Source: Eubacteriales bacterium
Lineage (GTDB): Bacteria; Bacillota; Clostridia; Oscillospirales; UBA644
Reading direction: 5' to 3'
Assembly: GCA_045542115.1 (NCBI GenBank)
Contig: JAZQKK010000014.1
Coordinates: 120,617 to 184,616, forward strand
DNA: 64,000 nucleotides
The first letter of the stretch is position 1, and each line of letters opens with the position of its first letter. Shown in pieces: positions 55,807-63,847 of the stretch. The translations under genes and the position numbers were made by a program. The notes under the pieces are model-generated. The model searched no databases. It was not told where the DNA came from and saw nothing but the letters and a program-made list of their open reading frames with translations.

Positions 55807-56410
55807 GAAAAAAGATACCGCCATTTATATGTCACACCTGGACCTGATGCGGTGTATGACCCGGGCGTTGACCCGGGCAGAGATTCCGGTAAAATACACG
55901 GAAGGATTCAATCCCCACCCCTATTTGGTCTTTGCCGCCCCTCTTGCCTTGGGAATTACGGGGGAACGGGAATATTTCGAAATCAAAACCACAGAAGAAA
56001 TGCCCCTTTCCGAGATGAAAGAAAGACTCAACAACACCTTGCCTCAGGGGTTGAACGTTTTGGACGTTTTGGAGTCGACAACCGATTTCAACGACATTGA
56101 AAGCGCCTCTTATCGGGTCTTTGTGGAAGGAAAAACCGAGGATAATTGGAACGAATTCTTTTCCGCAGAAACGATTCCCACTCAAAAGAAAACAAAACGG
56201 GGAATCGAGACCATTGATATGAAGGGAGAAATCCTCGGCTGCCGACCGGAAAACGTTAACGGAGGGGTCCTTCTTCACCTGCATCTTCCCTGCGGAAACC
56301 GGAGAAACCTGTCCCCCCTTCTGGTGGTTGCCACTTTTGCCCCCGGAGAAGAAACCTATTACACCGCCGCGAGAACCGGGTTTTTCGACAAAAACGGAAA
56401 CATATTCTAA
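55778..56410 (+). CDS. TIGR03936-family (DUF2344) radical-SAM-associated protein
   Basis: IRIVFEKKDTAIYMSHLDLMRCMTRALTRAEIP is the typical N-terminus. The likely start is GTG 55787, 6 nt after GGAGGTG. Overlaps the upstream gene. Confidence 0.7.
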   Translation: MTCVIRIVFEKKDTAIYMSHLDLMRCMTRALTRAEIPVKYTEGFNPHPYLVFAAPLALGITGEREYFEIKTTEEMPLSEMKERLNNTLPQGLNVLDVLESTTDFNDIESASYRVFVEGKTEDNWNEFFSAETIPTQKKTKRGIETIDMKGEILGCRPENVNGGVLLHLHLPCGNRRNLSPLLVVATFAPGEETYYTAARTGFFDKNGNIF

Positions 56411-56449
56411 ATTTTGTCACAGATTCGTGACAGATAAAAGATAAACCCG

Positions 56450-56458
56450 TGGTATAAT
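56450..56458 (+). promoter_or_regulatory. extended -10 promoter (TGgTATAAT) for the preQ1 leader/queT
   Basis: TGGTATAAT is read directly. No good -35 at 17-bp spacing. Confidence 0.55.
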
Positions 56459-56501
56459 GAAGAAAGAGACCGGATGTTCGTTACAGAAAATCCGGCCTTT
56501 A

Positions 56502-56540
56502 CGTCAGTCGCAATTCCCTGACGAAAATTAAAATACGGAG
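56502..56540 (+). promoter_or_regulatory. preQ1-I (class I) riboswitch aptamer, translational type
   Basis: P1 CGUCAG/CUGACG. The 10-nt loop UCGCAAUUCC compares with the Thermoanaerobacter preQ1-I loop UCGCAGUAAC. A-rich tail AAAAUUAAAAUA. Loop UUCC can pair with the SD GGAG (56537-56540) to form the pseudoknot. Located upstream of queT. Confidence 0.7.
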
Positions 56541-56551
56541 TGATCCCCGAA

Positions 56552-57055
56552 ATGAAACGTTTTTCAACGAAACAGATTGCCTTCTGCGGCTTGATTGCGG
56601 CACTTTACGTGGTTTTTACCTGGGTTTTGGGCGAGTTCGCCTACGGCCCCGTACAATTCCGCATTTCCGAGTGTATGACCGTTCTCCCCTACTGCTTTCC
56701 CGTTGCGGGAGCAGGCCTTACGGTGGGTTGCTTTCTTGCAAACCTGTTGAGTACGGCAGGACCTTTGGATCTTGTCTTTGGAACAGTTGCCACGTTGCTG
56801 GGATGTCTGGGGACGCAGCTTTGCCGCAAAAAGGGACTGTGGTGGCTTGCACCGTTGCCTCCGGTAATCACGAATGCGCTTCTTATCGGGACGATGCTGA
56901 CGATTTACAGTAACACGAAGACCCTGTTGTTCTTTGCCACGATGGCAGCTCAGGTAGGCCTGAGCGAGCTTGTGTGCTGTTACGGATTGGGACTTCCGTT
57001 GCTGTTGTTGATTCGACATTCTCAAAAATCAAACAATCGAGGGATGAAACTATGA
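56552..57055 (+). CDS. queT: queuosine precursor transporter QueT
   Basis: Start moved to MKRFSTKQIAFCG (ATG 56552). About 5 TM helices, QueT-like FRISECMTVLP motif and riboswitch context. Confidence 0.75.
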   Translation: MKRFSTKQIAFCGLIAALYVVFTWVLGEFAYGPVQFRISECMTVLPYCFPVAGAGLTVGCFLANLLSTAGPLDLVFGTVATLLGCLGTQLCRKKGLWWLAPLPPVITNALLIGTMLTIYSNTKTLLFFATMAAQVGLSELVCCYGLGLPLLLLIRHSQKSNNRGMKL

Positions 57056-57930
57056 ACGTAAAAAAAGCGGTCATTCTGGCGGCAGGCTTGGGAACAAGAA
57101 TGCTGCCCGCAACCAAATCCGTTCCCAAAGAATTGGTACCCATCGTTGACAAACCCGCATTGCAGTACCTTGTGGAAGAAATCAAGGCTTCGGGCATTGA
57201 CGACATTATGATCATCATCTCCCGGGGCAAAACGCTGATTGAAGACCACTTCGACTACGCTCCGGAATTGGAAGAACGCCTGTTGGCGGGAGGCCCCGCA
57301 AAAGAGCCGATGCTGAAACAGGTTCGCGAGATTGCGGAATTGGCGGATATCGTTTACGCCCGGCAGAAGGAAATGCTGGGGACCGGTCACGCCCTGCGGC
57401 TGGCGAAGAATTTCGTGGGCGACGAACCCTTTGCTCTTTTGTACGGGGACGACGTAATTATGAACGATGAAAAACCCGTAGTGGGCCAAGTCGTTGACGT
57501 TTACAACACCTACGGAAAAAGTGTGGTTGGGGTTCAGGAAGTTCCGGAAGAATTGGTGATGAAATACTGCACGCTGGACGTTCAGAAGGTCTCTGACCGA
57601 ATTTACGAAGTGTCCGATATGATTGAAAAACCCAAGAAAGAAGAGATCATTTCTTATTTCTCGGTGTTGGGGCGCATCGTATTGACCCCCGACGTATTTG
57701 AGTACTTAGATAAAACACCCTACGCCGCCAACGGCGAGTTACAGTTGACCGATACGATGAAATTGATGGCCAACGACGGCAAGATGATGGCCATTGACTT
57801 CGAAGGAAAACGGTACGATATGGGCAACAAATTAGGCGTAATGCAAGCCCAGGTGGAAACCGCTTTGAAACACCCTGAAATCGGCGAAGATTTCCGGGCG
57901 TATCTGAAAGAATTTGTAAAAACACTGTAA
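57052..57930 (+). CDS. galU: UTP--glucose-1-phosphate uridylyltransferase
   Basis: Start at MNVKKAVILAAGLGTRMLPATKSVPKELVPIVDKP (ATG 57052, ATGA overlap with the queT stop). Confidence 0.9.
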   Translation: MNVKKAVILAAGLGTRMLPATKSVPKELVPIVDKPALQYLVEEIKASGIDDIMIIISRGKTLIEDHFDYAPELEERLLAGGPAKEPMLKQVREIAELADIVYARQKEMLGTGHALRLAKNFVGDEPFALLYGDDVIMNDEKPVVGQVVDVYNTYGKSVVGVQEVPEELVMKYCTLDVQKVSDRIYEVSDMIEKPKKEEIISYFSVLGRIVLTPDVFEYLDKTPYAANGELQLTDTMKLMANDGKMMAIDFEGKRYDMGNKLGVMQAQVETALKHPEIGEDFRAYLKEFVKTL

Positions 57931-57946
57931 CATAACGCAATAACGA

Positions 57947-57981
57947 ACACCCGCAAGAAATTCTTGCGGGTGTCTTTTTTT
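57947..57981 (+). terminator. intrinsic terminator after galU
   Basis: ACACCCGCAAGAA/TTCTTGCGGGTGT stem followed by T7. Abuts the convergent epimerase stop. Confidence 0.8.
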
Positions 57982-58852
57982 AATCCAATTGATAAGAGAC
58001 CGAACAAACTTCCTTTTGACCGGGGGCAAGGATTCGCATATCCCGTTTGACCGTCAGATCTTCCGGGTCCTTGGAATCGCTGGGAAGACCGTTCCAGGGC
58101 TCGATACAAACGTAATTTGCACCGTCGCCCGTTTCCGACCAGAACGCCAGATAATCAAACTCCGAAGCATCGCAACGAATTTTGTGAGATGAACGGGGCG
58201 ATTTGATTTCGAAGACTTTGTTTTTCAGGTCCTCGAAAATCAAGGCGTCGTCCCGGAACAGGGCGTGAGACAGGGGAATTTTATTGTCGGTGGCATAAGG
58301 GCAGTCCACCACGGTTCGGGACATATAAAGGCCGTCAAGGAGCATCTGATTCAGTTTTTGGCCGGGGGCAAATTCCAAATGCCAATCAGTATATTCAGTG
58401 TCATCCCCCGGAGGAATCAAAAAACCGGGATGGGCGCCGAAGGCATAATACATCGTTTCTTTTCCGGTGTTAGTCACCGAAAAGGTTAGGATGAGTTTAT
58501 TGCCATCAATGGCATAGATGACGTCAAAAACAAAATCAAAGGGATAGATCTTCTTAGTCTCTTCGTTGGAAACCAAGCGGTAGGTCAAGGACGTTTCGGT
58601 TTGCACTGCCAAAGAAAACCGTGACGCGGCGGCAAAACCGTGAAGCGTTGCGGAATAAGAATTTGCTTTGTAAGTATACGTGTCGTCTTTTATTCTGCCC
58701 ACAAAGGGGAACAGAATGGGAGATCGGTCTTTCCATACGGTGGGATCTCCCTGCCAAAGACGTTCGGTTCCGTCCAGAGAGACCGATTGCAATTCCGCAC
58801 CCAAGTCCCGGACGGTAATGGTAAGACGATGATTTTGAAGGGTAGTCAGCAT
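57980..58852 (-). CDS. aldose 1-epimerase family protein (LacX/YihR-like)
   Basis: 290 aa. SPILFPFVGRI and HGF... motifs of the aldose epimerase superfamily. Starts 3 nt after the HK stop. Confidence 0.7.
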   Translation of the reverse strand: MLTTLQNHRLTITVRDLGAELQSVSLDGTERLWQGDPTVWKDRSPILFPFVGRIKDDTYTYKANSYSATLHGFAAASRFSLAVQTETSLTYRLVSNEETKKIYPFDFVFDVIYAIDGNKLILTFSVTNTGKETMYYAFGAHPGFLIPPGDDTEYTDWHLEFAPGQKLNQMLLDGLYMSRTVVDCPYATDNKIPLSHALFRDDALIFEDLKNKVFEIKSPRSSHKIRCDASEFDYLAFWSETGDGANYVCIEPWNGLPSDSKDPEDLTVKRDMRILAPGQKEVCSVSYQLD

Positions 58853-58855
58853 AAT

Positions 58856-60883
58856 TTAAATCTCCTCACTGGATTGATTTTCACATTCTTGTCCTTTTAA
58901 GGGGAAGGTAACGGAAGACAAAAATTGGTCTCCGTCCACTACAATCGTAAAAACGGCGCCCAACTGTTCTGCAAAGGATTTTGCGATGGCAAGACCAAGA
59001 CCGCTTCCTTCCCCGGTACGGGAGGGGTCACCCCGAACGAATTGCTCGGAAATTTCTTCCGCAGAAAAATTCATTTCGTAAGACGACGTGTTTTTTACCG
59101 TGACCGTGGCGTGGGTCTCCGTAGCGGAAAGATTCACGAAAATACGCGTCCCGGACAGAGAGTATTTCAGGGCGTTGTCTAACATATTTTGCAAAATCCG
59201 GTAGATTTTGTTCCCATTGGAACAAATGGGGGCAGACGAATCCCCCGTCAGGCGAACGGTCTTTCCTGCGGCAGAGGCAGAGTCAGACAGATCCGCAACC
59301 AACTGCCGGGCCAACAAAAACAAATCCAAATCTTCCATCGGTATCTCTTCCGCACCGCTGTTGGCCTTCGACAAAGCAAATACGTCGGAGACTAAATGAT
59401 TCAGACGGTTGGATTTTTGGGTCAAAACCGTGACGTAGTCCCGCGCCTCCGGGGAAAGGTCGGTTTTGGAAAGAAGGTCCAAATACCCGATAATCGAAGT
59501 CAAGGGCGTGCGAAGGTCGTGGGACACGTTTGTGATCAGATTCACCCGGGAACGCTCGGCGGAAATCTGGCTTTTCAAGGTCTGATCAAATCCGTCACCG
59601 ACGCTTCTCAGTTGATTTTCATATTCGGAAAAAACGTTATCTTCGGGGATATTCGCCCGATAGGATAAGTTTCCGTCCTGCAATTCGGTGATATGCTCCA
59701 AAAGTTTATTCAACGACCGCAAATCATAGTAGCAGCCAAACAGATAGACAACCATCAGAGAGAGCATTGCGAACAGAAGCAATATCTGCACGACGATCCA
59801 ATAATGGTTCACCGATGCTGCCACGAAAAAGGCAATCAAAATTGCCTCTATTAATAAAAACACGGCGGTACGGACCGTGAAGGACACAGAATAACGGTAC
59901 CGACGGAAGTAGTGCTTGTCCACCCGGCGCCGCAACGCCAAGAAGGGTCTTTGGCAAATCCACCAAAGAAACGACCCCTGAATCAAGCGATGCTGTTTCA
60001 AAGACGAAATCAAAGAAAGAACGCACAACAAGAGGGTCAATATCAAAAAGGTAAACAAAAACGACCAGGCAAGGTATACCGATCGGTCGCTGCCGTAATT
60101 AAACAACGAAAATAGATTTTGGAACCATCGGAAAAACGAAATATCCAAAATCTGTACCGTCCAAACCACGGACAGAATCCCTGCGGAAACGATAATCTCC
60201 GTAAAGAACCGAGGTCCGGAACGGGACGAAGATTCTTCCGTTCCCCAGCTGACGGCAAGAATCAAATATACCATCGGGAGGACCGCCACCGAAAGAAGAA
60301 TAATAAAGAGTAGTGCCAGATTCTTGGCCGTGGCCCATACGGAATACTGTTCGTTGATCCAGTTGGAATCGGGGACGAGAATCGCTCCTGCATCGCAAGA
60401 AAATACCGGAACGGAGACGGTTTTAGTCAAGTCGAAGGATTGCCAAGAATACTCTTCCCAATGGGAAAAACTGTCGGTCTGGGTATGATTAGTATCCATT
60501 AAGTAGCAAACGTTGTTTCCATAGACCGCCAAGGTTTTTGCGTGGCTGAAATCCAGAACTTCTAACAAAGGAATGTCGGTCAGAACCATACCGTCGGCGT
60601 AAAAATAGTAATGAAACGCACCGTCCACGGCGCCCCCTTCCAAGTCCACGGAAGAAACTTTCCGGCCGGAATAGACCTGTCGGGCCAAAGAAACCATTTC
60701 TTCCGAGGCGGCGGAGAGCCGTTGATGATACGTCAGCGTATTCCGGAAGTCGGTATAGGTAAAAATTTCGCTCATTCCGGCGTTGTCGTTGGCGTACGCG
60801 TAACACAACGCGGCAGAAAACAACAACAGCGCACACAGAATCAATGCAATAATCTGCACCAATCGGGAACGAAGAAATCGCAT
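58856..60883 (-). CDS. sensor histidine kinase (extracellular domain + multi-TM region + HisKA + HATPase_c)
   Basis: 675 aa. H-box SHDLRTPLTSIIGY, N-box LDNALKYS and G2 box GSGLGLAIAKS. Confidence 0.85.
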   Translation of the reverse strand: MRFLRSRLVQIIALILCALLLFSAALCYAYANDNAGMSEIFTYTDFRNTLTYHQRLSAASEEMVSLARQVYSGRKVSSVDLEGGAVDGAFHYYFYADGMVLTDIPLLEVLDFSHAKTLAVYGNNVCYLMDTNHTQTDSFSHWEEYSWQSFDLTKTVSVPVFSCDAGAILVPDSNWINEQYSVWATAKNLALLFIILLSVAVLPMVYLILAVSWGTEESSSRSGPRFFTEIIVSAGILSVVWTVQILDISFFRWFQNLFSLFNYGSDRSVYLAWSFLFTFLILTLLLCVLSLISSLKQHRLIQGSFLWWICQRPFLALRRRVDKHYFRRYRYSVSFTVRTAVFLLIEAILIAFFVAASVNHYWIVVQILLLFAMLSLMVVYLFGCYYDLRSLNKLLEHITELQDGNLSYRANIPEDNVFSEYENQLRSVGDGFDQTLKSQISAERSRVNLITNVSHDLRTPLTSIIGYLDLLSKTDLSPEARDYVTVLTQKSNRLNHLVSDVFALSKANSGAEEIPMEDLDLFLLARQLVADLSDSASAAGKTVRLTGDSSAPICSNGNKIYRILQNMLDNALKYSLSGTRIFVNLSATETHATVTVKNTSSYEMNFSAEEISEQFVRGDPSRTGEGSGLGLAIAKSFAEQLGAVFTIVVDGDQFLSSVTFPLKGQECENQSSEEI

Positions 60884-60918
60884 CTCTTCCCTGCCTCCTT
60901 TCTCAGACTCGTCTCAAA

Positions 60919-61629
60919 TCATTTTTCCAACTTATAACCGATTCCCCAGATCACCTTCAAATAGCGGGGTTCCCGGGGGTCGATCTCAATTTTTTCCCGA
61001 ATACGGCGGATATGAACGGTTACGGTATTTTCCACGGCGTGGGCGTCTTCCTTCCACACGGCACGGTAGATCTCTTCCGCAGAATATACCTTTCCGGGGG
61101 AGCGCAAAAACAATTCCATAATCCCCCATTCGGTGGAAGTCAGTTTTACCGGACGCTCGTCCACGAAAAATTCCCGGGAATCACAATCCATCCGGAGGCC
61201 GCCGACCACGATACTGTTTCCGTTGTCGGGCTCAGTGGAGGCACCCAAACGGAAGTACCGACGCAACTGAGAACCGACGCGTGCCAGCAATTCCATCGGA
61301 TTGTAAGGCTTTGCAATATAATCGTCCGCCCCCACGTTCAGCCCAAGAATCTTATCGCTGTCCTCGGTCCGGGCGGAAAGAATGATGATGGGAATATTTT
61401 TTGTTTTGCGAATCTGCATCACCGCAGAAAGCCCGTCCACCCGGGGCATCATCAAATCCATCAAAATCAGATGCACCTTATTCCGGGACAGAATTTCCAG
61501 GGCTTCCAGTCCGTCGTAGGCTTTTAAGACGGAGTATCCTTCCAATTCCAACAACTTCGTGATGGCGGAAACGATTTCAGGGTCGTCGTCCACCACAAGC
61601 ACGGTGGCGTTCATTTCGGGAGAATCCAT
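60919..61629 (-). CDS. OmpR-family response regulator
   Basis: Receiver (VLVVDDDP...LILMDLMMP) plus winged helix (YLKVIWGIGYKLE). Confidence 0.9.
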   Translation of the reverse strand: MDSPEMNATVLVVDDDPEIVSAITKLLELEGYSVLKAYDGLEALEILSRNKVHLILMDLMMPRVDGLSAVMQIRKTKNIPIIILSARTEDSDKILGLNVGADDYIAKPYNPMELLARVGSQLRRYFRLGASTEPDNGNSIVVGGLRMDCDSREFFVDERPVKLTSTEWGIMELFLRSPGKVYSAEEIYRAVWKEDAHAVENTVTVHIRRIREKIEIDPREPRYLKVIWGIGYKLEK

Positions 61630-61700
61630 AGGTCCCTCTTTCTCCGGACACGCCGGGAAATATAATATATTCTATATTATATCACACCACAGAAAGATTG

Positions 61701-62240
61701 TCAAGGCAAGGAAGGATTTTCGTTTAAAAAGAGCGACACGGCGCAGGGAAGCAGCGTTCCGTGTTCTGCCAAGAAACTGCGGTCTACAAAAGAAGAATCT
61801 CCGTATTCCAACATTGTCAAAGTAAAATCGTCAAATCGGTCGGGAGACGTATAAAACTCATACCAAAGATAATATTTTCCGTCCCATTGATAAATTTCTA
61901 CGCATAAATCGGGATCGCGCAGAAAGGCGTTGCGACTGTCCAACAATCCGTCCAGGTCGGAAAACTCGATCACCTGACAATACACGCCTCTCTCCGCCTC
62001 CCCGGTCAACGAAAAATACAGCAATAAATCTCCCGACGGATTTTCCACGGCACGAATCGAGAGATTTCCCCGCGCCTGCCACCCTTCCCGCAGGCACACC
62101 AACACCGCCGCCTGCTCACAAAAACGGCGGGTCTGCCCGTCGGAAAAGGACATCGTTTCATAGCGGATTCCGAAGGCTGCCTGATCCGACGGACTCAGCG
62201 TTATCAAAATTTCATTCCGGGAAGATTCTTCCATTCGCAC
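61701..62240 (-). CDS. MecA-like adaptor protein (short form)
   Basis: 179 aa. The N-terminal ILITLSPSDQAAFGI and C-terminal IEFSDLDGLL...YQWDGKYYLWYEF patterns resemble MecA N- and C-domains. By-eye call only. Confidence 0.45.
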   Translation of the reverse strand: MRMEESSRNEILITLSPSDQAAFGIRYETMSFSDGQTRRFCEQAAVLVCLREGWQARGNLSIRAVENPSGDLLLYFSLTGEAERGVYCQVIEFSDLDGLLDSRNAFLRDPDLCVEIYQWDGKYYLWYEFYTSPDRFDDFTLTMLEYGDSSFVDRSFLAEHGTLLPCAVSLFLNENPSLP

Positions 62241-62303
62241 CCCATCGCCCCCTCCCGAAGTCTTACCCCATTATATTTCGTCAATCGGTTTTTTGACAAT
62301 CAC

Positions 62304-62332
62304 TTGACAAAGAGCGAAGAATGTGTTATTAT
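62304..62332 (+). promoter_or_regulatory. sigma-A promoter for tsaD
   Basis: TTGACA-17 nt-TATTAT. The track ORF start at 62304 is this -35 box. Confidence 0.7.
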
Positions 62333-62363
62333 CTTAAATAGATTACAAAAAAAGGACTCTGCT

Positions 62364-63362
62364 ATGAAGATTTTAGCCATTGAAAGTTCCTGTGACGAGA
62401 CCGCGGCCGCTTTGGTAGAAGACGGACGGACCATCCTGCGCAACGAGGTGATCTCTCAGATCCCCATTCACGAACGGTACGGAGGCGTCGTGCCGGAAAT
62501 CGCTTCCCGCTGTCATATTGAAGCCATTGAACCCCTGGTGGAACGTACTCTGCAAGGGGAACTTCCGGATGCCATCGCCGTCACCTACGCTCCCGGACTT
62601 ATCGGAGCTCTGTTGGTGGGGGTAAATTATGCAAAAAGCCTGGCGTTTACCTTGGGGATTCCTTTGATTCCCGTTCACCATCTGCGGGGGCACGTCGCGT
62701 CGAATTATCTGTCCCACCCCGATTTGAAGCCTCCGTTTACAGCGCTGATCGCTTCGGGAGGACACAGCCATATCGTTCACGTAAAATCTTACACGGACTA
62801 TGAAATCTTGGGCAAGACCCGGGATGATGCGGCGGGAGAAGCCTTTGATAAATCCGCCCGGATTTTGAATTTGGGATACCCCGGCGGTCCAAAGATTCAA
62901 AAAGCGGCGGAAACGGGAAATCCCAATGCAATCCCCTTTCCCCAAGTACATTTTAAAGATGCCCCCTACGATTTCAGTTTTTCCGGCGTAAAAACGGCGG
63001 TAGTCAACTACGCCCACACGGCAAAACAACGGGGAGAAGCAATCAACGCACCGGACCTTGCCGCATCTTTTACGAAGGCCGTCTGTTCGGTTTTGACCGA
63101 AAAGAGTGTACTTGCGGCAAAGAACACCACCGGTCGGTTAGTGCTTGCCGGAGGGGTATCCGCAAATCGAAATTTGCGGGAAATGATGGAAAAAACCTGT
63201 AACGAACAAGGAATTGAGCTTTTCCTTCCCCGGACGGATTTGTGCGGAGACAACGCCGCAATGATCGCATCCCAGGGCTTTTACGAATATCAGGCCGGTC
63301 ATCTGGCAAAAACCGACCTGAACGCCTATGCGACAATGCCGGTGGACGCCCCTGTTTGGTAA
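62364..63362 (+). CDS. tsaD: tRNA N6-adenosine threonylcarbamoyltransferase TsaD
   Basis: Start at MKILAIESSCDETAAAL (ATG 62364). HHLRGH metal motif and GGVSANRNLR. Confidence 0.95.
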   Translation: MKILAIESSCDETAAALVEDGRTILRNEVISQIPIHERYGGVVPEIASRCHIEAIEPLVERTLQGELPDAIAVTYAPGLIGALLVGVNYAKSLAFTLGIPLIPVHHLRGHVASNYLSHPDLKPPFTALIASGGHSHIVHVKSYTDYEILGKTRDDAAGEAFDKSARILNLGYPGGPKIQKAAETGNPNAIPFPQVHFKDAPYDFSFSGVKTAVVNYAHTAKQRGEAINAPDLAASFTKAVCSVLTEKSVLAAKNTTGRLVLAGGVSANRNLREMMEKTCNEQGIELFLPRTDLCGDNAAMIASQGFYEYQAGHLAKTDLNAYATMPVDAPVW

Positions 63363-63415
63363 CTTCGAATCTTTGTTCGATTTTTTGTTCTACGAATGTA
63401 ATACATAGGACACAA

Positions 63416-63466
63416 AAAAGAGTTATAATGAAGATGAAAGCTTCACTATAACTCTTTTCTTTTTTG
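63416..63466 (+). terminator. intrinsic terminator after tsaD
   Basis: AAAAGAGTTATA-19 nt loop-TATAACTCTTTT followed by CTTTTTT. A weaker TCGAA/TTCGA+T6 hairpin precedes it at about 63366-63387. Confidence 0.6.
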
Positions 63467-63475
63467 AGGAAAACG

Positions 63476-63847
63476 ATGGCAGGAACAAGAAAATACTGTT
63501 GTAATAAATACGTTGAGAGGGTCATTGAAGAGTACCCTCACACACAATTTGAAAAAGCAGTCAAACGGTTAAGCGAAATGCCGCCTTCCGACCCGAGAAT
63601 CAATACCGACCGCATCTATCAGCGGCTTATTTTTAATCGGGAAGCGATGGAGGGAGCGATGAATCGCATTTTGTGGTACCCCAACGGGGAAAAGATCTTC
63701 GACCTTTTGCAACTGGTCTATTGGTCGAAGACTCACTCGGAAGTACAGGCCGCCTTGGAATTGAATCTTCTCCCCCAGGATGCGGAAAAACTGCTTCGTC
63801 AATTCCGCATTATCCTATACGATGAGTTGGGCTTGATTTTGCCCTGA
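63476..63847 (+). CDS. hypothetical protein, possibly an ArpU/RinA- or sigma-region-4-like small transcription regulator
   Basis: Start moved to MAGTRKY (ATG 63476), 5 nt after GAGGA. The C-terminal SEVQAALELNLLPQDAEKLLRQF looks HTH-like. Weak by-eye call. Confidence 0.35.
   Translation: MAGTRKYCCNKYVERVIEEYPHTQFEKAVKRLSEMPPSDPRINTDRIYQRLIFNREAMEGAMNRILWYPNGEKIFDLLQLVYWSKTHSEVQAALELNLLPQDAEKLLRQFRIILYDELGLILP

Noticed and set aside
56468-56498. Hairpin CCGGAU-14 nt-AUCCGG just upstream of the preQ1 aptamer, considered as a second (tandem) preQ1 aptamer.
   Set aside because: The loop lacks the UCGCA-type sequence, and there is no A-rich tail or pseudoknot partner. It is probably a simple 5' stabilising hairpin.
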